From Anthoceros angustus (lineage: Eukaryota; Plantae; Anthocerotophyta), in the NCBI GenBank assembly GCA_010909165.1, contig VJWM01000025.1:2542001-2606000 (forward strand): a stretch of DNA of 64,000 nucleotides, given 5' to 3'. A program made the translations under genes and the position numbers. The notes beneath the pieces were generated by a model. The model did no database searches and was not told where the DNA came from. It saw only the letters and a program-made list of their open reading frames with translations. Shown one piece after another: positions 1-11,730 of this stretch; position 1 is the stretch's first letter; each line of letters opens with the position of its first letter.

Positions 1-323
1 ACCTCAATATTCATCATCCATATAAGCCAATTGTGGTTGCAATTAAGAAGTTGAAAGTGGCAAATAATATTGCTCTTGGGTTAGCTCAAGTGGCCTGGAA
101 CTTCGTTACTGATGCGCTGTACACGTCACTTTGCTTGCAATTCAAACCTCATCACATTGCAGCTGGGACAATCTTCCTTGCAGCAAAGTTCCTCAAGGTT
201 AATCTGCCCTTTGATGGTGATCAAAAGATGTGGTGGCAGGAGTTTGAGGTCACTTCACGACAGTTGCAGGAAGTGAGTAATCAAATTATGGAACTCTACG
301 AAGAAACGAAGCCGCTGGCATAG
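1..323 (+). CDS. CYCT1: Cyclin T1-like, C-terminal cyclin box (5' end outside window); early stop, possibly a truncated retrocopy or pseudogene
   Basis: Frame from nt 3 reads [16 protein letters not shown]...[40 protein letters not shown]...[24 protein letters not shown], closely matching plant CYCT1. It stops right after the cyclin fold, without the usual long tail. Confidence 0.85.
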   Translation, partial: LNIHHPYKPIVVAIKKLKVANNIALGLAQVAWNFVTDALYTSLCLQFKPHHIAAGTIFLAAKFLKVNLPFDGDQKMWWQEFEVTSRQLQEVSNQIMELYEETKPLA

Positions 324-1749
324 TTGGCCCTAGTGCTGGTCCAAAGAGCACTTGATCCTGGACTTTCAACTTCCCTTTCTAGTTATGCAACCTCAAGTAT
401 AAATGCTGAACAACATAGCTGGTGGCCATCGAACAAACAAAGATAAAATCAAACCCCAATATCCATCTCTGGAAGTAGTTTAGAATGGTGCCACTGATAA
501 TAGTTGCATTTTTCACATAGGATAAGTAGATTGTAACTTTTATTACCCCAAATTAAGAAGCCCAGCTTCCAAAGTTGAAGCAACCGCCGCACCAGCCGTG
601 GAGGGCACCAGCTGGATGACTTGTCACTATCATAGCATCGTCATCGCCATGTTCATGGCCATCACCTTGTTGCTTGCACATATACGCTCCGCATGAAGGA
701 GGCCCGCCATCCCGCCAATTTGTATTCCTTCTAATTCACCTGCCAACTACACTTTGTTACCAACCGTACGTGCTCAGGAATTGCGACGACCGGTCGTGGT
801 AAGAGGTGAAGCAACGGATAATGTTACATGGTTGAGGTTTTACTTCCCAAGTACTCAGCGATGTCAACAAATCAAGCATCTCAAGGACCGAAATGGGTTA
901 CGTTGAGACATGAACACAATGATAAAAACCTAGTTTTTCAGCTTCCTCGTTATGAGAAATGCTGTTCAAATGGGAGCAACGACACTTAGGGAACCTATCA
1001 TCAACGTCATGATCATTGGGAAGGACTATCATCAACTTCATGATCATTGGGAAGGACAGATGCCCAAATCTTTTCTTCTAATGGGAAGTTTCTCATATTT
1101 ATAACTCCGTACTTAATAAATTGTTGTGCACTTAAAATAGGAATATTATCTGTGATATATAGGTTTACCTTCCTAGTCTGAGTTATTAATAATACATCTA
1201 CTTCATTATATCCACTTGCGAAAAGTGTTCTTCGCAGAAATATTTGCATTATCTTCACATTAACATTAATTTCTTTCTTGGAAAGAAGTCTTCACATAAT
1301 ACAAATTTTTTTGAGAACTAACCTCATATTTCTTGACAAGTAGAAGTTAGATTTAATTTAAGTATTTAATATTATAAAAATTTTATTAACTAATAAAATC
1401 TTATTAATTTACCCTATTATGTCTGGGAGTATCCTAAGCCTAACAAATAACAAATAACATTTAGCCTTTGGCCTCAACTAGGAAGTAGCAAGGTGCCTAA
1501 CGTTTAATGTAAAATAACATTTCTCGAGATAACTTGTACCGAAAATAGACTGTAACCTTGGTGTGCTATCGTACGTAAGGGGCCACCCCCTTCACCAAGT
1601 AGTTCTTTTAATCGCGATTACTCACCAAGTAGATCATATATCATTTGGCAAGTAAGATTTCAAAAGGTTTTAAAGTAATATTTTTGCCTCAGCACATCAA
1701 AAGTGGATAGTTGCTGTCGTGCGCTGCAGAGGAGAGGCTGAAGATAAGC

Positions 1750-2425
1750 TGGCTAAAGATCTGGCCACACGCGGGCCCGCTGGCGGTGATGACTGCCTCT
1801 CTATGTCCTCAAATGCATTCAGGCAGGGCCGGCAATGGATGCCCGCCATGCACACCATCCTTGCCTCCCCACACTCCAGCCTAAATCAAGCCCGTCACAT
1901 AGGCAAGGTAGCACGGCGACCCTTCCGTCACCAACCACAGCGCTCCTGCCCTCCACCAGCCGTGGCAGATGCTCAGCGCGGGGCGACCTGCCGATGCACC
2001 CGTAGCTGCAGGCGCGTTCGGCCTTGAAGGACCATTCCTTTTGAATCCACCCAGGAGCCATGGCGAGCGCGATGGTGGGCAAGCACGCAGATTTGGCAGT
2101 CTACAACGTGGCACTACACAAGGCGAAGTCAGTTTTCAGCGTGGTCTTGTGCAAGCATGAGACAGGAAACTCTCAACTTGCTCTGCATATGGTTTGCAGA
2201 GCTCACTTACACGGGGTCCTCCACTTTGATGGAACTTACATCCTGAGAGCAAAAGAAGTAGGGTCCTCCACATTCTCATCTACACCAGCAGACTGTAAGA
2301 CGGTTCTCCTGCTAAATGCGCGAGCTTGAACTTCAGGAATGAGCAGAAAAGGAGAAAGGATAAGACTCTACTAGAAGTGGCTGCACCGACAGATACCTGA
2401 CATCGTTACTTTCTCCATCGTTGTT
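1750..2425 (+). pseudogene. Possible degenerate P-type PPR fragment
   Basis: Scattered PPR-like strings in different frames (DLAVYNVAL, GNSQLALHM, PDIVTFS at ~2397); no continuous ORF. Confidence 0.3.
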
Positions 2426-2473
2426 TTCTCCATATCAGCGACTCACCTTGTTTTCTCCATGTCAACCATATCC

Positions 2474-2652
2474 GCGTTTTGGCTTCGCTTTATCAACTCG
2501 AACTGTTGGAGTCAGCTCTGTGTCCCAAGACAAAACATAAACCTGAAGTCGGAAGGAGATTACAAAGCCTGGATAAGAAGAGGAAGACGTTCCTTGGTCC
2601 AGGCAACTCTCCAACTGCAACAATTAGAGTTGATAAAGCCAAGCCAAAACGC
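2474..2652. repeat. Inverted repeat, 35-bp arms (2474-2508 / 2618-2652), 32/35 match
   Basis: gcgttttggcttcgctttatcaactcgaactgttg is the near reverse complement of caacaattagagttgataaagccaagccaaaacgc; both arms translate AFWL(R/G)FINSNC. Confidence 0.9.
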
Positions 2653-3787
2653 CAAGCTCGTTCTGAACTTGTCCTGGAGCCTCTTAGACGCCACCCGTTC
2701 TGAACTTGTCCTGGAGCATCTTAGGCGGGTGGCGTCTGTCATCTGACAGCACGCTCAGCATCGAAGGGGCTGAAGCCAAACAAGGAGACACATGCTTGGT
2801 TGTAAGTCGGAAACAAGTAGTCTTGCAGAACTCGGTATTGAGCTCGTCCAGCCAAATCCCGGACGGTGACTTGCATCTCATCGTCGTTGCGCAGCACCTC
2901 GATTTTCATGCCTTCCAGAACGGAAGACGTCCATCGCCGAACATGGGACACTATTTCCTTGCAAGTAAGCCTGCTGTGTAGCATTACGTGCCAGGGCTCG
3001 GTTGAAGGTTGCGCCCTTCCCTTCAGTTGCCATGATGTGAAGAATATGGACATCTTGAGCAGTGTCGTGGACCGTAAGATGCGGCTAACAAGCTGGTGCA
3101 CACAGCCGTAGAAGCCGCCTGCTTAGGCAGAAGTAGACGCCATACTGCTCTACACCATCCAGATGGGGTAGACTCTCCCACCTCATTCTTGCTAAAGTCC
3201 GACTCTTCTAGGGCAGTCTCCTTGCTGAAGCCTTTGGCCAGTCCCGCGGCCATGAGCCCAACCTCGCGCATCGAAAGTGACCGCAAGGATTCAACAAGCT
3301 TGCCCAAAGCCAAGCAAGCCGCCTGCCTTCCGAATCCTTGACATCAGTCCACAATCAGGTCTTGTGCGACAGGGAGGCCTCGCAACAGAACCCACACTTC
3401 CTTTTCCCGCTCCACACCGATATCCCACATGCCGGAAAATGTGATGTTGTCGAGTTGCCGGGAGTTGGCAATGGCCTTCGTCACCAGCAAGCGCACTCTT
3501 CAGTCCGTCTCCTCATCAGGCGGACCAGCTCTTGGGGGGCTGAAGTAGCCGCCATACCTTCAGAATCCAGACAATCCGGCGGTAGACTATGTGTATCACC
3601 CCGGGCAACCCTGACCAGCAGACGTTGCAGCCCAACCGGCATGGGCTGGGAGAGTTTGCAACTTCTGCAACGCATTCCGGTTCAGATCGTCCAACAGCTG
3701 CTGTTGCTGTTGCTGTTGCTGCTGCACCTCAGCTGGCAGCACAGGCCGCTCTCCCTCCTCCTCCACCATGATTACCCAAGTTCCCAA
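2560..3787 (-). pseudogene. TORNADO1-like (LRR-Roc-COR, Roco family) pseudogene with internal deletions
   Basis: Collinear fragments: QQLLDDLNRNALQKLQTL (N-term); AIANSRQLDNITFSGMWDI; RNI-like LRR AACLALGKLVESLRSLSMREVGLMAAGLAKGFSKETALEESDFSKNEVG; Roc GMKIEVLRNDDEMQVTVRDLAGRAQYRVLQDYLFP (cf. TRN1 GMKIKTFKDEETKISMWNLAGQHEFFALHDLMFP); LAFWLGFINSN (cf. LEYWLRFIVSN). Stops and frameshifts present; no P-loop seen. Confidence 0.75.
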
Positions 3788-3888
3788 TAATGCAGAAGTT
3801 GCTCTCTTGCATGGCGAACGCAGAATGGCTGGCCGGGAGGTGCAGATTGGCTATGATTTACCGCGAGCGCGTTGAACGGTTCAAAGAG

Positions 3889-4020
3889 CACTCTTTTCCT
3901 TGGACAGCTTTGAACCACTCTTTTTCTTGGACAGCTTTGAACCACTCTCTTTCTTGGACAGCTTTGAACAACTCTCTTTCTTGGACAGCTTTGAACCTCT
4001 CTCTTTCTTGGACAGCTTTT
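3889..4020. repeat. 27-bp minisatellite, ~5 copies (cactcttttccttggacagctttgaac)
   Basis: Directly visible; gives the HSFSWTALN repeat in ORF 3790..4158. Confidence 0.95.
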
Positions 4021-4789
4021 GGTTCAAAGCGACAGCAACCAATGAAAGAAAGGGCTTTTCTTCAGCGAGGTCTTAATATCACCACTCATGCTGCAAATCC
4101 GATTTCTAGCTCATTCCTGAAAGGCAGGGGCAGGGCAGAGACTGTGAAGGGGAGTTGAGATAATAGGATAGCTCAAGTTTGGATTCGGCAAGGCCTTCCC
4201 TTACGTGAAGCGATGCAGATTTATAGGAGGGCCACTACAAGTACCTCATATTCGATGAACTGTAGGACTTACGACACCGGTAAAAGATGCAAATGAGAAG
4301 CAATGGCACAAGACAACTATTGGCTGCGGTTGATGGTGACCGAGCATGGGAGAGTGCTGCTGCAGTGTCTGCAGAGACAAACATATCAATGGCCGGGCCT
4401 GATCTTCATGGTTTCTAGACTTGGTTGTATGGGCTGAACACTGGCGATGGTTGGAGTACATGGTGGCAGACAAGGACACTCAACTGCAAGACCTGAGGAG
4501 AAGGATGCATGCTATTCAGAGTGACACAGATGAACTTTGTTGGCAAAGTGGACCTGCTGCAAAAGCTTCGGGATGTGTTAAAACAAGGAAGAGGGGCACG
4601 AAGGATGCCAAATTTGTTCTGTTGAGTGAAGCAGGTACAGCTGTAATTGCGGCTCAGGATGAAGCTATTTCAAGGCTGGCATACTGGTTACTGTGAAGGT
4701 CCATAGCGAGGAGACACAGCACCGAGGATGATGCTCTGGGGGAAAAAATACATGCAGGTTACAGCCAGCAATCCACCGAAGCAAGAGTA

Positions 4790-5070
4790 ATGAGGGTTTC
4801 AAACCTGATGGTATCACACTTATTCTGCCTCGGCTGCCTGCAGCTATATATAATGATGGTTCAGTCGATGGAAGGCACCAGCTCTTGGATTCCATCAAAC
4901 AGGAGTTTGGCATCCAACCAACTAAATTGCAAGGCATGCCTTCCACAACGCCTGCAAGCTGGAACCAAAGAATCATGCAGGTTATGTGTTCAAGATTCCC
5001 AAATTCTATAATTCTGCTGGTCAACAGGATGATGTGGCAAGCACCAAGATAGACTTGCAGGAAGCAGGAT
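4790..5070 (+). pseudogene. PLS-class PPR / E-domain pseudogene fragment
   Basis: EGFKPDGITLI..AACS..GSVD..HQLLDSIKQEFGIQPT (L2/S2-like) followed by KLEPKNHAGYVFKIPKFYNSAGQQDDVASTKIDLQEAG (E-motif consensus LEP.N..AYVLLSN.YA.AG.WDDVA); frameshifted. Confidence 0.6.
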
Positions 5071-6136
5071 GTGCTTGTAGGAATGCATGGCCCAGTGCTC
5101 CATCTGCTTTTGAATGCGGACACTATCTTGTTTCACAATTGACAGATGTGGAATCTTGGCAAACATTGACAGATTACTATGGAAAGGTACGGGAAGGCTC
5201 ACCAAGTGCTATCGCTGAAAATGTGAAGGCTTCCAACAATTTCAAGCTGCACAATGGGAAGCAAGACAGCAGAGGCCTCACGGGAGAGGAGGCTTCAGCA
5301 ACGCTACAAGTGAAGGGCAGGCGCTTGTATCTACGTCGATTTGAACTGGAAAGGCCATCTGAGCTTACTTCAACTAGTCCTTCACTTGAGCTGGCTGTTC
5401 CTTACCACAATACAATACAACGAGAACATCCTTGCTATATATATCTTATTATTACGAGGAATTTATATATTTTATCATTCCTGTTAATATACATTAAAAT
5501 ATTATTTTAGTTTACAGAACAGTACTACGTGTATGGAGTAGTATTTTAGTAAGTGAAGTAGTTTCCTAATACTACATATGTGAGCATAAAATTCATAGGA
5601 GGAAATGATGGTGGAGCTTCAATAATGAAAATGGTGATTGTGATATCTGCTTGGAGGAGACATTAAGAGTACCGTACCCAGAGGGGTGGTTCAACATGGT
5701 AATGCAGAAATAATTATTTTTTGAAAACAATAAGGTTCAACATAAGTATTTCTATTTTTTTAAATTTCAATATTTATGGAAATTCATTTTTATCAATTTT
5801 CAACATTTATTAGGATACATAGGTATCTATATAGAACTAATAGATATTTATATACCTCCCCTAAATAGGCCCTAATTTTTCACACAAACCCTAGTTTCCC
5901 AAACAACCTCCTTGACCTCGCGAAACTCGCCTCTGGTGAGCTGCCTCTAGAAACCTCATTTGCGTGAGGCCTCACGCCTCCGAGGCTACTTGAGCCTCTT
6001 TGTCACACTGCAGAGCCTTTTGCTATAGCTTGAATGCTACCGCCTCACCGCGCCTCACTGGCCGCCCTGCCACCGCCTCCCTGCCTCCGCATGCACCGCC
6101 TTACCCTCACCGGCAAAGACGCCGGATGGGCTCGTA

Positions 6137-6417
6137 TGTCACGTCTCTGATCCTAAGGCTCCTTGACGTGAACTCTAGTTGCGCATGAGAATGGCAGCAT
6201 TTACATACATGTCTTGGTCTCTTGTACATGGAGCAGGGTTCTGCCATTTCAACTACTTAATTACCTTCTGGTTAATGTCGAAGCCCGCGTATCCTACACC
6301 ATTTCGGAATGTCCACGTTTCTAACCTAAGAACGGGGTGGTACGTCAAGCTATCTTTGTCTTAGCCCTCTCGCCGCGAATGCACGGCTAGTGAAGATGCC
6401 ATGGGTCACTTGTGACG
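6137..6417 (-). repeat. 3' LTR of chromovirus 1
   Basis: Similar to 12763-13043; adjacent to PPT ctcaagtgggggagaa (minus strand). Confidence 0.9.
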
Positions 6418-6566
6418 TTCTCCCCCACTTGAGCGGGTCTGGTCCTCCGGGCCATCGATCAGTGTTCGGAGTTGTGGAAATCGATGGCAGACTATGGCGG
6501 GTTCCCAAGTGCCCGTTGAGTCGCCCGCCTGCCCGGTGCGACTGTGTCGGTCGCGGCGGTGCGAGT

Positions 6567-7496
6567 CTAATTGCAGGCCGCAGGTATTACCGGCGATTGC
6601 TTGAGGGCATCTGTCAATGGAACTGCAATTTTGCTGAGGTTCCATATGAAGCGCCTATAAAAACCTGCCATACCAAGGAACCCCCTGAGCTGTGTGATGT
6701 CTTGGGGGAGGGGCCATCCTAGTATAGCTTTAATCTTTCTAGGGTTAACCTTAATACCCTCGGAGCTGATAACATGGCCCAGGTACTCGCACTTATTTTT
6801 CATGAAGACACACTTGCTCCGCTTGGCCAATAGCTTGTTATTCCTAAGCAGGGTGAATACTTGTCTGACTAGCTGAATGTGGGTTGTGGGGTCTGCAGAG
6901 TATATCAGGATATCGTCAAGAAAAACTTCCACACCTTTTCCCAAGAGTGGTCTCCGAATCTCTTGCATAAGGCACTGGAAGGTAGCGGGGGCGTTGGTGA
7001 GGCCAAAGAGCATCACTGTAAATTCAAAGTGGCCATGCCTTGTACGAAAGGCCGTCTTGAACTCATCACCCTCCTTGATTCGGATTTGGTGGAAACCCGA
7101 GCGGAGGTCGATTCTGGTGAAGTAGCTTGACCCATGCTGCTGGTCTAGAATTTCATCTATTCTAGGCATCTGGTATACATTTCTGATTGTGGCTCGGTTG
7201 AATCCTCTGTATTCTATGCATAACCTCCAATTTCCATCTGGTTTTGCCACCAACAAGACGGGTGCACCAAAGGAAGACACCGACGGCCGGACGAACCCAC
7301 TCTGTAAGAATTCATCAACTTGTCTTTTGATCTCTTCGTTTTCTAAAATTGAAGTTTTACAAGGTTGGATACTCACGGGTTTGTGGCCTGGCAGAAGATC
7401 GATACCATGCTCAATTGCCCGTCGGGGAGGTAGCCTAGTGGGCTCGGCGAAGATGTCGGCATACTCTTGTAACATCTCCTTGAAGTCACTAGGCAA
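6567..7496 (-). CDS. Gypsy reverse transcriptase, truncated before RNase H
   Basis: [74 protein letters not shown]. Confidence 0.95.
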   Translation of the reverse strand: MPSDFKEMLQEYADIFAEPTRLPPRRAIEHGIDLLPGHKPVSIQPCKTSILENEEIKRQVDEFLQSGFVRPSVSSFGAPVLLVAKPDGNWRLCIEYRGFNRATIRNVYQMPRIDEILDQQHGSSYFTRIDLRSGFHQIRIKEGDEFKTAFRTRHGHFEFTVMLFGLTNAPATFQCLMQEIRRPLLGKGVEVFLDDILIYSADPTTHIQLVRQVFTLLRNNKLLAKRSKCVFMKNKCEYLGHVISSEGIKVNPRKIKAILGWPLPQDITQLRGFLGMAGFYRRFIWNLSKIAVPLTDALKQSPVIPAACN

Positions 7497-7841
7497 CTTG
7501 TGACATCATGGCAAAGCGTTGGCATAATAGTGAACTCCAGGGTCTCTACATAGCCTCCTAGGAAGGTGAGCTTTGCATCTGCCCACTGTTCCTCGTTAAT
7601 GTTTCTACCGTCCAGAGCCGTAATTACCGTGGATAACTGACCTGAATTGTGGATCTCTAGGCCCGATCTCTCTATGACCACCCTGGATATGTAGTGATGG
7701 CTGGCCCCAAAGTCCGGCAACGCTGTGGCTCTAGTCCCTTCTAGTCCCACTAAGAATTTGATGGGAATGTGATCCGTGTGGCAAGCATTGGCTGCGCTGA
7801 TCCCATAACATGCCTGCACATTGTCTTCGGATGGACCCTCT
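7373..7841 (-). CDS. Gypsy aspartic protease (frameshifted relative to RT)
   Basis: ATALPDFGASHHYIS is the retropepsin D(S/T)GA-type motif. Confidence 0.8.
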
Positions 7842-8734
7842 CCCTACTAGAAATGGCAGCCCATGTTACAGTCGTTGTTGCAATTTTATGTTACACTTCC
7901 AAATTGCAACATGCTACGTAGGCTTGGTATTAAGTTTGACATTATTCCCTTCTCATTTTGTCACCATCTTAACATGAACCTGACTCTCTCCCTCATCACC
8001 TCACCCTCTTAAGTACACCCTCTCTCTCATAAGCATTGTTTATGATTTCAAACATATATTATGCAAACTTGCTTATGTCACAGTCCTTTGTTACAATTTC
8101 ATGTAACACTTTCCATTTGGAATACTCATTAAGTTAGTTGGCTTGGTGTTAAGTTTGTGATACTCTTCTCTACCTTCTCTCACCATCTTAACAACATGCA
8201 AGTGGTCTGTTGACTTTACACCTCACCATTAAGAGCTTAGCATTAAGTTTGTTGGCTTGGTGTTAAGTTTGTGATTTTCTTCCACCTTCTCACCATCTTA
8301 ACAACCTTTGGTCTCTCCTTTCACCTCACACTCCTAGTTAATGCTCCAAGATGACACCCATTTTATAATTTTTCCCTCTTTGTGTTGCAACATGACTGTG
8401 ACAATGAGCTCCCCTCTCACACTATTTTTTTATTCTTCCCCTCTTGCTTTTCAAACTACATGACAGTAACAAGGAACTCTATCTCTCTCCCTGTGGTTGT
8501 CATTCTCTTTCCATTTTGCCTCCTTTGCATAACTATGCATTTATAATCTACATTCCCTCTTCAATGCACCCTGTGTCCACATCTCGTTTTGTTTTTAAGC
8601 TCCACATACACAATTGAAAACTCTTGTTTTTACCTGATTATGTATAATAGGATTCTAGATTATTTATATGTCTATCTATATATACGGTTTGCAGGCCCAC
8701 TTGTTGTGCATATATATACATATATGACTAAATA

Positions 8735-8737
<3 letters not shown>

Positions 8738-8812
<75 letters not shown>
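8738..8812. repeat. (TA)n microsatellite
   Basis: Directly visible. Confidence 0.99.
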
Positions 8813-8813
<1 letters not shown>

Positions 8814-8892
8814 TTGTACATACTTGTAACCCAAACATAATATTATTTACCTATGTCTAAGTCTGTGGTGCGAGGCTCACTCACTCGAGGCA

Positions 8893-9208
8893 AGGAGGAG
8901 GGAGGAGGAGGAGGAAGAGGAGGAGAGGAGGGAGAGGCAAGGAGGAAAAGGGAGAGGATCCGAGGTAGAGGAGGAGAGAGGAGAGGAGGAGGAGGAGAGG
9001 AGGAGGAGAGGGAAGGAGGAGGAGGGAGGAGGAGGAGGAAGATTATAAGGAGGTGGAGGGGGAGATTATAAGGAGGTGGAGGAGGAGATTATAAGGAGGT
9101 GGAGGGGAAGATGGAAAAGAAGAGAAGCAAGAGGAGGGGGAGAGGGGAAGGAAGAGGAGGGGGAGATGGGAAGGAGGAGGAGGGAGAGAGGGAAAGGAAG
9201 AGGAGGAG
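8893..9208. repeat. GGA/GA polypurine low-complexity tract
   Basis: Almost pure G/A on the + strand. Confidence 0.95.
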
Positions 9209-10621
9209 GCCCATTCCATGCCGTGTGATTTCAAGTAGACCCTGCTCCATGGTGATTTTCTAGTCTCAATTTTTCACCGATGCAACGGTGACATGACGTT
9301 GGTGAAGGGATGGTGGCGTGAGATCACGTATACAAAGCGGATCTTGTACTTGCAGCATTGCAAGCCAAGACCTCCTTCAATATCGTGATTTCCTCTCAAT
9401 TTTCAGTGCGTAACTAGCTAGTGTGATTTGATGTTAGAGAAGGCGATAGTAGCATGGCGGGTGTCTCGTACATGTACAACTAGTAGTTGGGTCGGCGGCC
9501 AAGACCCATTCCATGTATTTCCTATCTCAATTTCATGCGATCACTATGATGTGAAGTTAGGGAAGGCGATGGAAGAATGGCGGGGTCCCATGTACATGTA
9601 TAGCTGCAAGGTGAGGCCAAGACCCATTCCATGCTGTGATTTCCTACCTCAAAATTTTATTTGATGCACAACTAGACTGTGATGTGACATTAGAGAAGGC
9701 GATGCTAGTAGGGCAGGGTCTTGGGTGAATAGGGAGTGACAAGACCGGTGCACGGTAGGAGGGACGTGTTTGGAGGGCCAGATCCGGGTGCTGTAGCACA
9801 AAGAAGGGCGAGTGTACTCACCAAGTAATGTATATGAGTGTGGACAAGTGAAAACAACGCAAGGGAGTGGAAGAGGCGGGGAGGGAGGATAGGAGTGGAG
9901 CAACCAATAGCGCCATGGTCGAGGCAGGGGCAAAAGGCAGAACGGACATGAGGCGGTTGTCAGGGGAGAGAGAAGGAGGGAGGACTTGGAGCCAAACAAC
10001 CCACACCGATAGCAAACATGGGTCCGCGAGCACAAACTCAGAGGCACAAAAGGCACGAGTGCTCAAGGACAAATCGTAAACGACGTGGACGCAAAGTATG
10101 TACGTTATCCGTGACGATATGTATTTATATAAAATAGAATATGATCGTATATCACAGGAAAATATTGTATAATATATGTCGTCATGAATAATACATGTAT
10201 TTTATGAAGAATGTATTTGTACATGTATTTATGTATATGTGTATTCATACGAATATCAGTGAGAACTACTAAGTAAAACTAGGTATTCCATAGGGTAATA
10301 GTAGTAAAAGGAGGAAGGTAGATGGGGAGGAGGTTCGGTACCAAGCCTCCAAAAGTGTTACAAGACTTTTATTGTAACACTTTATATGTTGCAATCTTGT
10401 TGCAATCTTGAGAGACGATAAAAGCACCTCTCACTTCATCTCAACATAATTGCAACACCATTGCAACATGGTTGCAACAAACGCTCCGGTTTGGTTTCCA
10501 AGCCAAAGTGTAACAAGAGGCCCAAAAGTGTTACATGACCCCAAAATTGCAACATAAGTGTTACATCTAGGGGTCCAAATCTTAACATAAAGTGTAACAT
10601 GGGTTGCCATTTCTAGTAGGG

Positions 10622-11730
10622 TCTGTCCTTTCTGTTTCTTCAGTCCTAACCAAATGTCCGCTGTTTGTAGGGGCTGGTGTGTTAGCTGAGCTCCTGGTAG
10701 TCTTACTAGTTTCCTTCAACCAAGTAATAAAATCTCTGCGAAAAGAACAGACTCTAGAACCATGTTCGGTGGACATACACGTGAAGCACATGTGCTTCTC
10801 GTGATACTGCTGTTTCTCTTCGTTAGTGAGTATCTTGAACACCGGCTTCTTGTCCGTAGCATTGGCTGTCTTTCTCCACTTGGATTTGAAAGCTCCTGTA
10901 GACTCCAGATGTTTGTACTTATTAGTACCGTAGTTAATCGCAGCTTTCATGGCCTCACCTAGGGTGCTTGGATTGGTTTGATAGACGTCGGCCCTCATGT
11001 CGAACTTCAGCCCTTCGATGAACTTCTCAATTTTTTGTTCTTTGTCGAGACGTGGCATGACCAGGGTGAGTTGGAGGAAGCTGTCACAGTAGTCCAGTAC
11101 AATTCCTTGCTGGAAGATGGTCTTGAACTGGTAGTATAACTCCTTACGGTGGTTCATTGGCAAGAATTGTTGGAGAAATAGTTGTTTGAAGACACCCCAA
11201 GAGTATACGGAGGGTTCCATCCCCAAGTCCACTTGCTTCTCCCGTTGGCGCCACCACCGGTAAGCGTACCCTTCCAAGCTCATAACACATAACTGAATTT
11301 TTTGAAGGTCATCCTTCTCACTGGCGGCAAGATATTTGTCCATCTTGTCCAGCCAGTTATGCACACTTTGTGCATCCTTGGCGCTGCCGTCGAACATGCT
11401 GGTCTTGATCTTCCTTTGCAACTGCTTGTCCAGTTGCGCTCTGGGCTTGAACATCGTTTCTTCACCTTCTCCCAACTCTGAGGTAGTCCTACCCTTTTGG
11501 CTCTCCAGGTGTTCATACCGCAACAACTGTAACCGCCTGACCAATGCCCGGATATCCTTATTATCTTTCTCACCAGGTAGGAGCCCGACTACCAATTTTC
11601 GAATAGCTTCTTCGTCCTCACCATGGCTTGGCAGTTCACTGGCCCTGACCGGCAGTTCCTGATCTCTCCGCCTCGGGTCTTCTACACTCGGCAGCCAGGT
11701 TGTTGGGATGGTGAAGGATGCTTCTTCCAT
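10622..11730 (-). CDS. Gypsy Gag with CCHC knuckle; broken N-terminal extension probably to ~12403
   Basis: Retrotrans_gag-like LEGYAYRWW..SWGVFKQLFLQQF, KFIEGLK, knuckle CFTCMSTEHGSRVC. Confidence 0.92.

Larger units (their letters stand above)
7842..10621. mobile_element. Non-autonomous CACTA/CMC DNA transposon with CCCTA termini, nested in chromovirus 1
   Basis: 29-bp TIRs ccctactagaaatggca(g/a)cccatgttaca; 3-bp TSD TCT; subterminal tgttaca/gttgcaac repeats; internal ~120-135-bp repeats at 9210-9710; no transposase. Confidence 0.92.

Noticed and set aside
3790-4158. 122-aa ORF with WTALN repeats
   Set aside because: Open only because the 27-bp minisatellite lacks stops; no other coding signal.
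5067-5115. QDVLVGMHGPVLHLLL, similar to a GT61 glycosyltransferase motif
   Set aside because: Short match in a frame with nearby stops that overlaps the better-supported PPR E-motif frame.
8589-9234. ORFs with YIYIYI and G/E/R runs
   Set aside because: Translations of the (TA)n and GGA tracts inside the CACTA element.
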